From NCBI GenBank assembly GCA_041649675.1, contig JBAZMQ010000002.1:1920-65919 (forward strand): a stretch of 64,000 nucleotides of DNA. Direction: 5' to 3'. The notes beneath the pieces are model-generated. The model was given only the letters and a program-made list of their open reading frames with translations, was not told where the DNA came from and did no database searches. The stretch comes from Patescibacteria group bacterium. Lineage in GTDB: Bacteria; Patescibacteriota; Patescibacteriia; Buchananbacterales; UBA6539. The position numbers and the translations under genes were made by a program. Below are positions 21,790-33,039 of the stretch, one piece after another. The first letter of the stretch is position 1, and the number at the start of each line of letters is the position of its first letter.

Positions 21790-22161
21790 TTACAAACCTA
21801 ATTTTTTTCTAATCTTATTAACCACATCCGTAACATTCCAACCCACCTTGACTAGATACTCATAGGTGTCACACTCTACCGCTTCGGCAACCTTGTTAGT
21901 ATCATTTAAGTTAGTCAAAATTATTACCTCTGCCTTTTTGCCCCATTCATCTTGCCTTAGCTTGGTTAGCATAGTCATGCCGTCCATTTTAGGCATTACT
22001 AAATCAAGCAAAATTAAATCGGGATGATAATCCAGGGCGATTTTTAAACCTTCTTGCCCGTCATTAGCTGTTAAAACCTCAACCTCATTTTGATCAAATT
22101 GCGATAATAAAGCTTTGCGCACCATTGCTTCATCATCAATAATTAATAAAATTTTTTTCAT
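21790..22161 (-). CDS. Single-domain response regulator (receiver only)
   Basis: DDE...DLILLDLVMPKMDG...K receiver motifs; 123 aa with no output domain. Confidence 0.85.
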   Translation of the reverse strand: MKKILLIIDDEAMVRKALLSQFDQNEVEVLTANDGQEGLKIALDYHPDLILLDLVMPKMDGMTMLTKLRQDEWGKKAEVIILTNLNDTNKVAEAVECDTYEYLVKVGWNVTDVVNKIRKKLGL

Positions 22162-22229
22162 AATTTTCTTTCCTCCATTAATTACTGCTAAAAAATTTAT
22201 GTATTATACAAAAAATAAAAAATTAAAAT

Positions 22230-25211
22230 TTACTTGTTCTGATGATTCTTTTTACTTTTTAACGGCAAAATAAAATAAAAGGTTGTACCTTTGTTTTGTT
22301 TTGATTCAAACCAAATTTTACCGCCATGGGCATCCACGATACTTTTGGCTATATAAAGGCCCAAACCCGTGCCGTCAGTTGATATGGTAGCAATATTATC
22401 GGCTCTAAAAAATTTCTGAAAAACTCTACCTTTTTGATGTTGAGGGATGCCAAAACCAAAATCTTTAACAAAAAATTCTACCTTATCATTCAAACACTTA
22501 AGGCCAATAATAATTTTTTTATTCTGACTAGAATATTTAATTGAATTATTTATTAAATTAGAAAAAACTTGATAAATTTTATCCTGATCAAAACTAAAAA
22601 TTAGTTTGGCCGGACAAGATTTATCTAATTCTATATTTATATTTTTTACCGGTGAATTAATTTTTTGATCTTCTATCACCTTATTTATCAAAGCAATAAT
22701 ATCCTGTCGCTGTTTTTCAATAAAAAACTTTTGGCCGGTTTCAATATGGGAAACGTCAAGCAAATCATTAACCAAACGAATCATTCGTTCATTACTATCA
22801 TAGATCTGCCGGATAAAATCAATTTGTTTTTCGGTCAATTTTCCCACCTTCTGATCAACTAATAATTGACTAAACCACTTAATACCAGTTAAGGGACCGC
22901 GCAACTGATGACTAGCTACAGAAATAAATTCCGATTTCGCTCGGTCAATTTCCCTTGCCTTACTCACATCTCTGATAATTGCCATGTCCGCCGGGCGACC
23001 TTCGTAATCAATTATAGAACTATTAGTTTCCACAAATAGAAGCTGACCGTCTTTTTTGACTATCTGAAATTCATAACGCTTAGGGGCTGGCAATCCCCTC
23101 ATGCGTCGACTGTATTGTTCGGCTACATATTTTTTGTATTTGGGGCCAATAAACTCTAGCATTGACTTATTCAAAAAATCCGCAGGGGAAAAACCAACCA
23201 TATCTTGCATTGTCTTGTTGGCAAATTTAATCAAACCGTCCTGGATCACCAAAACCCCGTCGCTGGATTGTTCAATAAAAGTACTATATTTTTCTTCTGA
23301 CTTTCTAATTGTCTCTTCCCATTGATGGTGCTCAGTAACATCTTCAATAATTGTCAAAAAGTAAAGCGGCTTATGTTCAAAGTCTTTAACTAGGGTAACA
23401 TTGATCCGACCAAAAATAACTGCTTTATCCTTTCTGACATAGCGTTTATCAGCATTGTAAACGTCAATCTCTCCTCTGAGCAATCGTTTAGTTTGTATAA
23501 CATCCCTTTGAACTTCGGCTGGATGGGTAATATCAACGAAAGTCATTTTCTTTAGCTCTGCTTCAGAATACCCCCATAATTTAACAGCGGCAAGATTAGC
23601 ACTAACAAAATAATTATCCAAACCGACTAAAACAATGGCAATCGGACTGTTTTCAAAAATGGCTCGGAAGCGGGCTTCGTTATTTATCACTTTCGTTTCT
23701 GCATCATGGCGCGCGGTGATATCACGGATATTACACTGAATAACTTCTGCGTGATCAATAAGGTAAACATTGCTAACAAATTCTACGCTAATAGGCCGGC
23801 CAGCTTTAGTCCGTAAAGGCAAATTTTCGTAATGGATATATTTCTTTCGTTTTAAAACCTCAAATGCTTTTTTAGAATTAACAATATCTTTGAATAAACC
23901 GATCTGCCATAATTTCTTTTGCAAAAATTCCTTGTGGTTATAACCTAACATCTCAATTAAATACGGGTTAACTTCCCTTATTTCCCCGGTTTTGGCGTCA
24001 AGGATCAAAATACCGTCTTTAGCCGCTTCAAACAAACGACGATATTTTTGTTCGGATAAAACCAACCCGTCTCGTGCTTTTTGATATTCGGTGATATCAC
24101 GGAAACGCCAGACTCGACCGACAATTTTATTATCAATCTTTTGGGGGACAGACAGCCTCTCAAAAACTTGACCGTCTTTAAGATTTATTTGGTCAAAAGA
24201 ACTTAAAGAAGCGTGCTGGTAAAGATAATTAACTTTAGCTAAAAATTCCTTAGGATCGGCCAGCTGGCCAACAACATAAGCCAATAATTTTTTGTCGTCT
24301 TTTAAACGAATTAGTTTATTAGGAATTTTCCACAAATCCAAAAACCGATTATTATAAAAAACGACTTGACCCTGCCGGGCAATCACTAAGATGCCCTCTG
24401 ACGAGGTTGAGGTAATGGAGTTTAGCAACGATGTTTCTTTTTTTATTTCTGCTTCGGCAATATACCTTTCAGAAATATCACGCGACAAACCCATAACGCT
24501 CTGGACTCGGCCTCCCCGATCCTTTATCGGCGTTAATTGGGTTGAAAGCCAGGTAGGTCCAGAAGGAAAAATAGATAAATTTTCAAGATACATTGATTGG
24601 CCGGTCTTAAAAACCTTATTCAAATTTTTCTTTTGACGACTAGCAGTGTTTGACGGAAATAAATTTTTAATATTCTTACCAACCAGCTCTGACGGGTTGG
24701 CTTTGAATTGCTTAGCACCAAATTTATTAACATAAATCACCGTGCCGGTTTTGTCGACAACGTAAATATTATCTTGAGCAAGTTCGGATAGGGTTTTGTA
24801 ATGCAATTCAGCGGCAGTTTGTTGACTAAGATCCCGAAAAAGACCCAGTAAATAGATTTTATCATCTAACTTTATCCTACTGACATTTAGAGAAATTGGT
24901 TTTATTTTTTTATTCCGTGTCATAATTTCGGTTTCAATCGTACCTTTAAGTTTATTTTTTACTAAACACCGAAAAAGATTCATTATTTTTTTGGTTTGAC
25001 TGGCAGGGTGAAGCTGACGGATCGATAATTTTAAAAATTCCTTTTTCGAGTACCCAAAAAAACGACTGGCGGTTTGATTAATATCGGCCACTCGGCCAGA
25101 TAAATCAACCAATACAGCTGAATCAGCAATGTTTTCAAATAAAATCTGATATTTTTTACCATATTTTAATAATGGCTGTTTACCAATATTTTTTGTATTT
25201 TTCCCCTCCAT
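22230..25211 (-). CDS. Cytoplasmic multi-PAS sensor histidine kinase
   Basis: Several PAS-like repeats. H-box SHQLRGPL; HATPase_c with GTGLGLYIAKSIVDAHGG; no TM segments. Confidence 0.85.
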   Translation of the reverse strand: MEGKNTKNIGKQPLLKYGKKYQILFENIADSAVLVDLSGRVADINQTASRFFGYSKKEFLKLSIRQLHPASQTKKIMNLFRCLVKNKLKGTIETEIMTRNKKIKPISLNVSRIKLDDKIYLLGLFRDLSQQTAAELHYKTLSELAQDNIYVVDKTGTVIYVNKFGAKQFKANPSELVGKNIKNLFPSNTASRQKKNLNKVFKTGQSMYLENLSIFPSGPTWLSTQLTPIKDRGGRVQSVMGLSRDISERYIAEAEIKKETSLLNSITSTSSEGILVIARQGQVVFYNNRFLDLWKIPNKLIRLKDDKKLLAYVVGQLADPKEFLAKVNYLYQHASLSSFDQINLKDGQVFERLSVPQKIDNKIVGRVWRFRDITEYQKARDGLVLSEQKYRRLFEAAKDGILILDAKTGEIREVNPYLIEMLGYNHKEFLQKKLWQIGLFKDIVNSKKAFEVLKRKKYIHYENLPLRTKAGRPISVEFVSNVYLIDHAEVIQCNIRDITARHDAETKVINNEARFRAIFENSPIAIVLVGLDNYFVSANLAAVKLWGYSEAELKKMTFVDITHPAEVQRDVIQTKRLLRGEIDVYNADKRYVRKDKAVIFGRINVTLVKDFEHKPLYFLTIIEDVTEHHQWEETIRKSEEKYSTFIEQSSDGVLVIQDGLIKFANKTMQDMVGFSPADFLNKSMLEFIGPKYKKYVAEQYSRRMRGLPAPKRYEFQIVKKDGQLLFVETNSSIIDYEGRPADMAIIRDVSKAREIDRAKSEFISVASHQLRGPLTGIKWFSQLLVDQKVGKLTEKQIDFIRQIYDSNERMIRLVNDLLDVSHIETGQKFFIEKQRQDIIALINKVIEDQKINSPVKNINIELDKSCPAKLIFSFDQDKIYQVFSNLINNSIKYSSQNKKIIIGLKCLNDKVEFFVKDFGFGIPQHQKGRVFQKFFRADNIATISTDGTGLGLYIAKSIVDAHGGKIWFESKQNKGTTFYFILPLKSKKNHQNK

Positions 25212-25218
25212 AAAATTA

Positions 25219-28200
25219 TTATATTACCTTAACGGCTACTGGTTTTCTAATTCGATAAAGCCAAAAGGTGGTTAGCAACAAAACAATTAAAGTTGCTAAT
25301 GTAGTTTGCCAATTCAAATATTTAAAAATCATTGCCCAAACATTTCTTTTAACCACGAAGCTGCTAATGGCACTTGGCTGGCTCTTGACCTTAGCATTGG
25401 TGTTGACAGCAACCGCAAAAATAGTGTGTTGGCCAGGTGCCAATTCTACTGCGGATTGCGAATGATTAATTCGCCAGACACCATTACTGTCAGTACGTGT
25501 ACGATAGATTAAAGCCTGATCAGAATGGACGTACACAATAACATCTTGATTGGGCAAAGCGGTACCGGTAAAACTAAAAACGTCATTTGCCGCTGAAACA
25601 CTGACGCCAGCTACTTTTGGTACCGGAATACCTGGTAATTCTACTGCCTCAATATTTTCACGCACAAGCGAAGATGGCAAAACCGGTGTTGGGGTGGATG
25701 CGGGTGCGGTTTGAGGAACCGTTAATGCCGGGCGTGGAGTAATTTTAGCCAAAACCAAATTTATCTGAGGACTAATATTTCCAGCGGCATCAGTAGCAGT
25801 AAAGGTAAAAGTGTGTGATCCGTCTTTTAAGGCAAAACTATTAGGTAAGCCAAAACGCCAACTACCATTTGAGTCAGCCGTTACAGTAAATTTATTTTTA
25901 TTGTCCAAAACTATTTCCACTTGGAAAAACGGCTCTGATACACCAACTAACACTGGCACAGCCGTAGTAATGCTACTGTTATTTTGGGGACTCAGAACTA
26001 TTGGTGCTAGCGGAACAGAAGTAATAATATTTAAACTAACCGGGTCAGACGACTCACTGGTATTATTGGAAAAATCCACTGCCTTAACCGTTAAAATATG
26101 TTCACCAACAGTAAAAATGAAAACTTGGCTAAATTCCCCATCATTATTGGCCACGCTGTTAAATCGTTTCACTAAAACATTATTATCATACAAATCCACG
26201 CGCGCACCAGGCTCGGCTAAACCAGAAATTAAGACTTCGGTATATTTGGTTGGGCTGAGTGGTTGGGTCAGAATTGGTTTACTGGGAGCGATAATATCAG
26301 GGGGCACCGCCGCACCACCGCCGATAATTGGCAAACTAACTGGCACCGGCGCTGGTTCAATAGGTGTAGTTGATTCAGTGAATACCGCTTTTAAAGTATG
26401 GGTTGCATTCATAGATAAAATCAACGGATTAATACTACCGCTAGCTAATCCGTCCAAAATCCAATGATCAAATAGCCAACTAGCAAAAGCAGTCGCCGTT
26501 ATTTGTACATTCGTTCCTTGATTGTAGGTATGAGTACCAACTGCCGGATCAACTGAGCCGGATCCTTCAGGAGCTTCTATCTCCAAAGGAAAAGTCACTA
26601 AAATAGGCGCGGTAAAAACATTTAAATCAGCCACTGTTGTCTCGTTGCCATAATCATCTACTGCCCAAATTTTTACAAAATAATCAGCAGTTAAATTAAT
26701 ACCGGTAATAACCGTAGAAACGGCATTAGCATTACTTAACAATGCATCCTGATCTACACTCCATTTTGCGGCCGTACCTAAACGGTTAATCACATCATTT
26801 TGCACCGCCCCATGCCATAATTCATAATGTTTAAAATGGGCATCAGTTACACCAGCTGACCAATCCAAAGTAACCGAATCATTAGTGTTGGCAAATTTGT
26901 TTAAAGATAATAATCCTAACGGCGATGCGGTATCAACCGAAAAATCTGCAGATTCATAATAGGGGCTAACAGTGCCGGTGCTATCAATACCGCTTAACCG
27001 AACGCGCATATTAGCTCTTTCTTCGTTGTTAAAATCCGCCGCCGCATCCCAAGTAACGGTTCGGTTATTGCCAGCCAAAACACCGACTCCCACCGCTCCG
27101 GACAAAGTAGTTGTCGCTACATCCCAAGTAATTCCCCCATCAGCCGAAATATCTAAGCTAATGTCAGCCGCCTTATTCAAATCGTAATTTATTGTCACAG
27201 TTTTGGCCAAAGAGTTTTGCTCGGCAGTAATATTAACAATAGACAGTACTTTGGAATTAATGGCAAAATCAGAAGATGCCGAGAAACTACCTAAATTTCC
27301 AAAATAATCAAGAGCTTGAATGCGCACTTGCATCGTTGATAATTCCTGATTCGGAAAATCAGTCGCCACGTTCCAAGCAAATGATTTGGCACCGGTAGTA
27401 ATACCACTGCCAATATCACCACTAGCGGTAGTTGTCGCTACATCCCAAGTCGCACCGCTGTCAGAAGAAATTTCAAACATAACAGCAGAAGAACTTAAAT
27501 CAGATAAATTATAATTAACTGTTACCAATGCCGACCCGCTGGACTGGAAAGCAATAACATCGCTCACTACCGGTTTTTTAGTATCAATTACAAACTCATT
27601 AGATTCAACTCCGGTCCCCTCATTACCATAGCTATCAGTGGCAACAATTTTTACCTTCATAGTATTCTTTTCTTCATCAGGCAAATCAGCGCCAACATTC
27701 CAAGTAATACTGCGGCCAACGCCAGCCGTAACACCATTACCAACATTGCCGCTCACGCTTGGAGCGGAAACACTATAAGTCGCGCCGCTGTTGTCGGAAA
27801 CTGAAAGTACAACAACATTATTGGCACCGGCGCCATCGGCTAAATCATAAGTAATTACAACGCTATTTGTTAAAGGAGTCTGCCCAACTTGCAAATTGGA
27901 AATCAGTGGACCAGCGGTATTCACAATAAAAGCCGAGGAAACAGCAATATTACTGTTAGTAACAGAGTCATTTGATTGTAAACGCACGTAAACTGATGAA
28001 TCCTCAACACCCGGCAAATCGGCTCCCACATCCCAAGTAAAAACTAAACTGGCGCCGCCATTAGAAAATGCTAAAGCAGCTACGCCATCACCACCCTTTC
28101 CGAGTTTTTCAGTCATGATTTGCCAATCTGTACCATTAGTAGAATATTCATATTTGACCAGATTATTAGGTTGATTCCGATAATCAACCCCCGTATAATT

Positions 28201-31095
28201 AATCGTTACGTACTTTGTGCCGTTGGTAGTCTGGGCGGCAGAATTAATGGTAATACTTGGTGATTGATAATCAGATGAAGCACTGCTGCTGAATTCGCTT
28301 TCACTTGTAGCCGCGTAGTTAGTATCACTGGTATTCCTTGATTTGACTTGAAAAATATATTGATTAAGCGGTTGAGACAAACCGGTCACTACTACCGTAC
28401 CCACGGGTTGCCAATACGGGCTATCATTAAGAGTGCCATTACCTTGCACATATTTACCTTGAGTACTTTCAAAAAGTACATACTCTAAACCATCGGCTTC
28501 TTCCGGATGCTTATCAATTGTCACGCTTAAAGAAGTTTCTGCCGGCTCGCCAACAGTTGGCGCTGGCGGCGTATACGGCTTAACATATTTGTAAGATACA
28601 GTTGGTGATAAATTTTCATTAACCGTTAAATGACCAAAATCATCAGTATGTTCTATCTTTACTGCCGAAATATAATCATTACCTCTGAGAGTCAAGTCAA
28701 GTGGCACACTCAGATCGGAAGGAGTAGCCGTATCAGTATCCCCTAGCCCGGCCGAACCATAACTCCCGCCGTTAATGGCTACATAAAAATTGTTAGTGTT
28801 GGGGTTATTTTCGGTAAAACTGCCGCCCACCAACACTGCCGTAGCGCCAGCGTTGGGCTGAGCTAATAAATCAGCTTGCGTAGCAACTATCGGCGCTTTG
28901 TTATCTAAACTAAAATTAACTGAACTGCTATATTCGCTTTGATTTTGATATTTATCTTTAGCTCGGATTTTTACTCTCATGCCATTCTCTTCATGATTAG
29001 AAAAATCCACATCGGAATGCCAAGTAATTGTTTTGCCATTGCCACTTGTCACTGAAACACCAATGTCCCCTACAACCGAAGCAGTTAGTACGTCCCAAGT
29101 GGCTCCTCCGTCAGCCGAAATTTGTAATTCCACCAAAATGTTATCCGCCGTATTATCAAATAAATCATAACTAATTTGCACATCAGCACTGCCGGGAGTT
29201 TGCCCGGCCGTTAAATTGGAAACTGCAGGTAAAGCATAATCTAAGGTAAGCGCCGTAGAAGTTGTATAACCGCTATCAGCTATACCATCACTAGCCCGTA
29301 AACGGACATAAACATTACTAGCATAAACATTACCAAGATCAGTTTTAGCATCCCATACAAACGCATGAGCCGTACCGCCGGCCGAGCTGCTTAGCCCTGT
29401 TACCCCGCTGTGAGCCGGATCACTGGCCGCTGTCATAAACGCCTGTTCGCCATTAAATTCACCAGTCAAAGAATATTCATAATTTACTAAACTGCACGGA
29501 TCATTATTACTGTCTTGTAAATTATAATTTATCTGGACATAACCGGAAGAAGTATTTTGTGTCGCACTTAAATTTTGCACGATAGGTACAAAATTTTGAG
29601 TGTAGCCAATAGCCACATTATCTAAAATAACCTGCTGCGAACTACTACCAGCTAAAAACGCTTTCCATTTTATTTTGCCCGTACTGACGGGGAATGAAGT
29701 GATGTTAGCATTAATTACAGAAGCAATATTTGAGTCAGTGGAAGTGGCAGCATTCGCCCAGACCAAACCGTTCCAATATTGCCAAGTTACGCCATCGTCA
29801 GCGGAAAGCTGATAATAAATTTGTCCACCATTTTTAGTTGCAATTTCGGTAAATGAATTCCAACCAGTAACACCGGTAGGAGCAAGAGCACTAACAGGAA
29901 AAATGGCTGGCCAATCTGTTGGATAAACCGGCACGGTATTCCAAGTACAACCGCCTTGTGCAGCACAGGTTGGCGAGCTAATAAAAGTATTACAAGCCGT
30001 AGCCGTACCCGAGCAGGAATTTGATTTAGACCAATTTAAAGACACATTATCCCAACCAACAGTATTATTCTTATTGGGAGGATTACCGGCAGTTTTAATA
30101 CGTCTGGCGACTAATTTTATATAATAAGGGCCGGCAACGGTTAATTTAGAAGCGACATTTATGTTAGAAACAGTAGCCCAAGCGGTAGTGCCAGAAATTG
30201 TTTGAGACCAAACCTCATCACCAATAACCGGCGCACCGGAAAAATTATCTACAAAAACATAAATAATATAGCTGGTTAAAAATGTACCCTCATAACTTTT
30301 GATACTCCAATCAAAACTAATTGTCGCTGTCTGAGGATTGGCCGCGGTGGTGGTAAAACTTTGTTGCCAATAGCCAGAGGCCGCACCAGCGGCATTAACA
30401 CGGCTAAGCGCAATACTCTTATAATTTGTCGGGTTACCGCCGGTAGTTGGGCTACTGCCGCTAGCCCTAGCTCCATCCTCCCAGTCAGCATAGGTGCCCC
30501 AGGTAGTTGACCAAGCAGGAGAAGAGCCTGACGCCGCTCCGCCCCAGGTACAACCAGCCTGCGCCGCACAAGTTGGCGAAGTAACAAAAGTGTTACAAAC
30601 TGTCGCTGTGCCACTGCAAGAGCCACCCGTACCCTGATCTTTTAACTTTGCCACCCCGCTAGTGACTTCAATTTTACTGCTATCATAGCTGTAATCAGTC
30701 GGCGTGCTAAAAGTCCAATCTTGAGTAGCGGCCAAAAGTGGCTGCACCCCAAGTAAATAAAGGGAAACAATGCCAATAAACAAAGCCTTAAATAAAAAAA
30801 TCCCCCCGGCCGTAAAAAAAGTGGTCAAACTGATTTTTCTTCTCACTATGTAGCTTTGGAATTGGGGTTTATCTTTGATTGCTTTAGGAAAAATAAAACC
30901 TTCTTCTTGGACTTTTGCCGGCGGTACCAAAATATAGATTGGCAAAGACACAATAATAAATCCTAATTCTGAAACGATTAATAAAGCCGCATAAGGTATA
31001 GCAATCAACCAATTATTGGCCAAAACTATCTTTTGTTTTAAGGTAAAAGTATAGCCAGAGAAACGAAAAAATAAATTTAACCAGTTAGCTGACAT
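25219..31095 (-). CDS. Giant (~1958 aa) membrane-anchored surface protein; likely start MSANWLNL at 31095 (ORF track extends to a TTG at 31158)
   Basis: N-terminal TM pair. Duplicated Cys module CSGTATxCNTFxSSPTCAAQxGCTW. Many ~100-aa repeats ending VYVRLxxxD. C-terminal Ig-like domains and a C-terminal TM anchor. Confidence 0.7.
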   Translation of the reverse strand: MSANWLNLFFRFSGYTFTLKQKIVLANNWLIAIPYAALLIVSELGFIIVSLPIYILVPPAKVQEEGFIFPKAIKDKPQFQSYIVRRKISLTTFFTAGGIFLFKALFIGIVSLYLLGVQPLLAATQDWTFSTPTDYSYDSSKIEVTSGVAKLKDQGTGGSCSGTATVCNTFVTSPTCAAQAGCTWGGAASGSSPAWSTTWGTYADWEDGARASGSSPTTGGNPTNYKSIALSRVNAAGAASGYWQQSFTTTAANPQTATISFDWSIKSYEGTFLTSYIIYVFVDNFSGAPVIGDEVWSQTISGTTAWATVSNINVASKLTVAGPYYIKLVARRIKTAGNPPNKNNTVGWDNVSLNWSKSNSCSGTATACNTFISSPTCAAQGGCTWNTVPVYPTDWPAIFPVSALAPTGVTGWNSFTEIATKNGGQIYYQLSADDGVTWQYWNGLVWANAATSTDSNIASVINANITSFPVSTGKIKWKAFLAGSSSQQVILDNVAIGYTQNFVPIVQNLSATQNTSSGYVQINYNLQDSNNDPCSLVNYEYSLTGEFNGEQAFMTAASDPAHSGVTGLSSSAGGTAHAFVWDAKTDLGNVYASNVYVRLRASDGIADSGYTTSTALTLDYALPAVSNLTAGQTPGSADVQISYDLFDNTADNILVELQISADGGATWDVLTASVVGDIGVSVTSGNGKTITWHSDVDFSNHEENGMRVKIRAKDKYQNQSEYSSSVNFSLDNKAPIVATQADLLAQPNAGATAVLVGGSFTENNPNTNNFYVAINGGSYGSAGLGDTDTATPSDLSVPLDLTLRGNDYISAVKIEHTDDFGHLTVNENLSPTVSYKYVKPYTPPAPTVGEPAETSLSVTIDKHPEEADGLEYVLFESTQGKYVQGNGTLNDSPYWQPVGTVVVTGLSQPLNQYIFQVKSRNTSDTNYAATSESEFSSSASSDYQSPSITINSAAQTTNGTKYVTINYTGVDYRNQPNNLVKYEYSTNGTDWQIMTEKLGKGGDGVAALAFSNGGASLVFTWDVGADLPGVEDSSVYVRLQSNDSVTNSNIAVSSAFIVNTAGPLISNLQVGQTPLTNSVVITYDLADGAGANNVVVLSVSDNSGATYSVSAPSVSGNVGNGVTAGVGRSITWNVGADLPDEEKNTMKVKIVATDSYGNEGTGVESNEFVIDTKKPVVSDVIAFQSSGSALVTVNYNLSDLSSSAVMFEISSDSGATWDVATTTASGDIGSGITTGAKSFAWNVATDFPNQELSTMQVRIQALDYFGNLGSFSASSDFAINSKVLSIVNITAEQNSLAKTVTINYDLNKAADISLDISADGGITWDVATTTLSGAVGVGVLAGNNRTVTWDAAADFNNEERANMRVRLSGIDSTGTVSPYYESADFSVDTASPLGLLSLNKFANTNDSVTLDWSAGVTDAHFKHYELWHGAVQNDVINRLGTAAKWSVDQDALLSNANAVSTVITGINLTADYFVKIWAVDDYGNETTVADLNVFTAPILVTFPLEIEAPEGSGSVDPAVGTHTYNQGTNVQITATAFASWLFDHWILDGLASGSINPLILSMNATHTLKAVFTESTTPIEPAPVPVSLPIIGGGAAVPPDIIAPSKPILTQPLSPTKYTEVLISGLAEPGARVDLYDNNVLVKRFNSVANNDGEFSQVFIFTVGEHILTVKAVDFSNNTSESSDPVSLNIITSVPLAPIVLSPQNNSSITTAVPVLVGVSEPFFQVEIVLDNKNKFTVTADSNGSWRFGLPNSFALKDGSHTFTFTATDAAGNISPQINLVLAKITPRPALTVPQTAPASTPTPVLPSSLVRENIEAVELPGIPVPKVAGVSVSAANDVFSFTGTALPNQDVIVYVHSDQALIYRTRTDSNGVWRINHSQSAVELAPGQHTIFAVAVNTNAKVKSQPSAISSFVVKRNVWAMIFKYLNWQTTLATLIVLLLTTFWLYRIRKPVAVKVI

Positions 31096-31100
31096 ATAGT

Positions 31101-31922
31101 TTAGATTACTAAAAATATTAAAAATACTCCAAAGAAAATAATAATTACCACTGCCCAATTGGCCAAAGAATCAATATTTTTTATTAAGTAGTCAAACCAA
31201 GAAGAAGTAACTTTAAAAAATTGTTCCGGTGCGGGCTCACTTCTAACACCTAATTTTGGGTCATAACCAAAAATTACAACCGAATGATTGCCCTCACTTA
31301 ATTTAAAATTATTCTGTTGATGGTTAACTTGCCAATCACCGTTCTTGTCAACGTCAGCGGTATAAATCGCCGTGGAAATATCAGACAACAATAAAACAAC
31401 CTGAGAATTAGGTTGTCCTTTACCTAAAAAAATATAATCTCCTCCCTTAACTTTCCGGACTTCAAAAAGTCCAGGCTTTAGCATTGTGCTAACAACACGG
31501 GCAGTTTGAATACCAGTTTCAGCCGCCACCAAATTTTTGCTTAAAATATCAACCGGTTGCAAATCCGAAACCGAATAAAGCTGTAATGGTCCATAGACTA
31601 CTGGAAAAAATAAAATTAATAATAATTTAACTGCCCAAATCAAAGCAATCACTCCGACTCCAGATACCGTCAAAATTCGGCGTAAATTATAATCAAAATT
31701 AACCTTGGCATAGCTGCCTTTCTCAGTAAAATAAGCAACAACTTTCTCCGGTTTCAGGGTCAAATAAAGAGGCAAAGAAACAAACCCCAAAGCTATCTCC
31801 AAAGCAATTAAAGCAATGACATTAGTTATTGCCGCTAGCCCAATTTGCCCAATAACGAGCTGCTTTCGGCTATAGACACGGTTAGTCAAAAGCAAAACCA
31901 AGTTTAGCCATTTATTTTTCAT
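31101..31922 (-). CDS. Membrane protein paralogous to the N-terminal domain and C-terminal Ig-like domain of the giant protein
   Basis: MKNKWLNL... versus MSANWLNL... N-termini. The Ig-like segment DKNGDWQVNHQQ resembles the giant protein's C-terminal DSNGVWRINHSQ. C-terminal TM. Confidence 0.6.
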   Translation of the reverse strand: MKNKWLNLVLLLTNRVYSRKQLVIGQIGLAAITNVIALIALEIALGFVSLPLYLTLKPEKVVAYFTEKGSYAKVNFDYNLRRILTVSGVGVIALIWAVKLLLILFFPVVYGPLQLYSVSDLQPVDILSKNLVAAETGIQTARVVSTMLKPGLFEVRKVKGGDYIFLGKGQPNSQVVLLLSDISTAIYTADVDKNGDWQVNHQQNNFKLSEGNHSVVIFGYDPKLGVRSEPAPEQFFKVTSSWFDYLIKNIDSLANWAVVIIIFFGVFLIFLVI

Positions 31923-31968
31923 TTGATTTTAATTAAAAATTATAAAATCAAAATGCCAATAAGTTATA

Positions 31969-32352
31969 TCAAATTTTTAATGTTTTAGCAATTATGTCTC
32001 TTAATTTCACTAAATCAGTATTGGATTTAACAAAATAATCAAGAGCGCCCAACCCTTTGGCTTTGGCAATATTATCAGAATCACCTAGGTTTGATAAAAC
32101 AATGACCGGAATACTTTTAAGAGCAGGATTGGCTTTAATATACTTTAAAAAATCAAAACCATTCATCTTGGGCAACAACAGATCCAAAAGGATAATGTCT
32201 GGTTTTATTCTTTCAGCCATTTTAAGGGCAGTATCACCGTCCGAAGCAGTAGCGATTGTATAATCACTCTTATGAAAAGCTAAATATAGAGCCCGAAGTA
32301 ACACTTCATCATCTTCGACAATCAATATGATTATTTTTTTGGTTGCCGTCAT
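31969..32352 (-). CDS. Single-domain response regulator (receiver only)
   Basis: Receiver motifs EDD...DIILLDLLLPKMNG; 127 aa. Confidence 0.85.
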   Translation of the reverse strand: MTATKKIIILIVEDDEVLLRALYLAFHKSDYTIATASDGDTALKMAERIKPDIILLDLLLPKMNGFDFLKYIKANPALKSIPVIVLSNLGDSDNIAKAKGLGALDYFVKSNTDLVKLRDIIAKTLKI

Positions 32353-32353
32353 G

Positions 32354-32755
32354 CTATTGCTTTAATTTATCTTTAACATACTGAACAATAACATCCATTT
32401 TAGTATTGGCTTTTAAAAAATATTGATCAGCTCCTAAAGCCCTAACCGACTTGATATCGCTGGCCTGATCTAAATTAGAAATAACGGCAACTGGTATATT
32501 TTTGGTTTTTGCTTCTTCTTTAAGTTGTTTAAGCACTGTAAAACCATCAATACCGGGCAAAACCAAATCCAATAAAATAATATTGGGTAAAAATCGGACC
32601 GCTTCGTCTAAAACTTTTGAACCATCACCAACTACCGAAACTTCAAATTTTGTCACTTTTAACCTTTCAGCCAAAACTCTTGCCAACATTGCATCATCTT
32701 CCACGACCAAAACTTTATTAGCCACCTTTTTTTTGTTAAATAAACCTTTTAACAT
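32354..32755 (-). CDS. Single-domain response regulator (receiver only)
   Basis: Receiver motifs EDD...NIILLDLVLPGIDG; 133 aa; 1-nt gap to the next receiver gene. Confidence 0.85.
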   Translation of the reverse strand: MLKGLFNKKKVANKVLVVEDDAMLARVLAERLKVTKFEVSVVGDGSKVLDEAVRFLPNIILLDLVLPGIDGFTVLKQLKEEAKTKNIPVAVISNLDQASDIKSVRALGADQYFLKANTKMDVIVQYVKDKLKQ

Positions 32756-33039
32756 AAATTTATTACATTTTATCTAAAGATCTTATATCTTAATCTACCA
32801 ATAATTAGATTTTACAATTATATCATAATTTAGCAAAAAAACACAAAAACAGAAATAAAATAAAAATTGCTGGTTTAAGGCATTTTTTTTAGTAATAATG
32901 ACAAAATTTGCCTTAAATAAGTAACATTTATATTATACCACAAAAAAACACCTTTTAAAAAGATGTTTTAGTCGTCCCCCCATCTTTGCTTAGAATACAG
33001 CTAGCAAAAACACACCAATCCCTTTAGAGAATTCAGTCG

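Noticed and set aside
25811-26467. 218-aa plus-strand ORF and other antisense ORFs inside the giant surface-protein gene (25268, 25306, 26972, 30276)
   Set aside because: They are fully nested antisense to a long, repeat-rich coding region, with no RBS and low-complexity translations.
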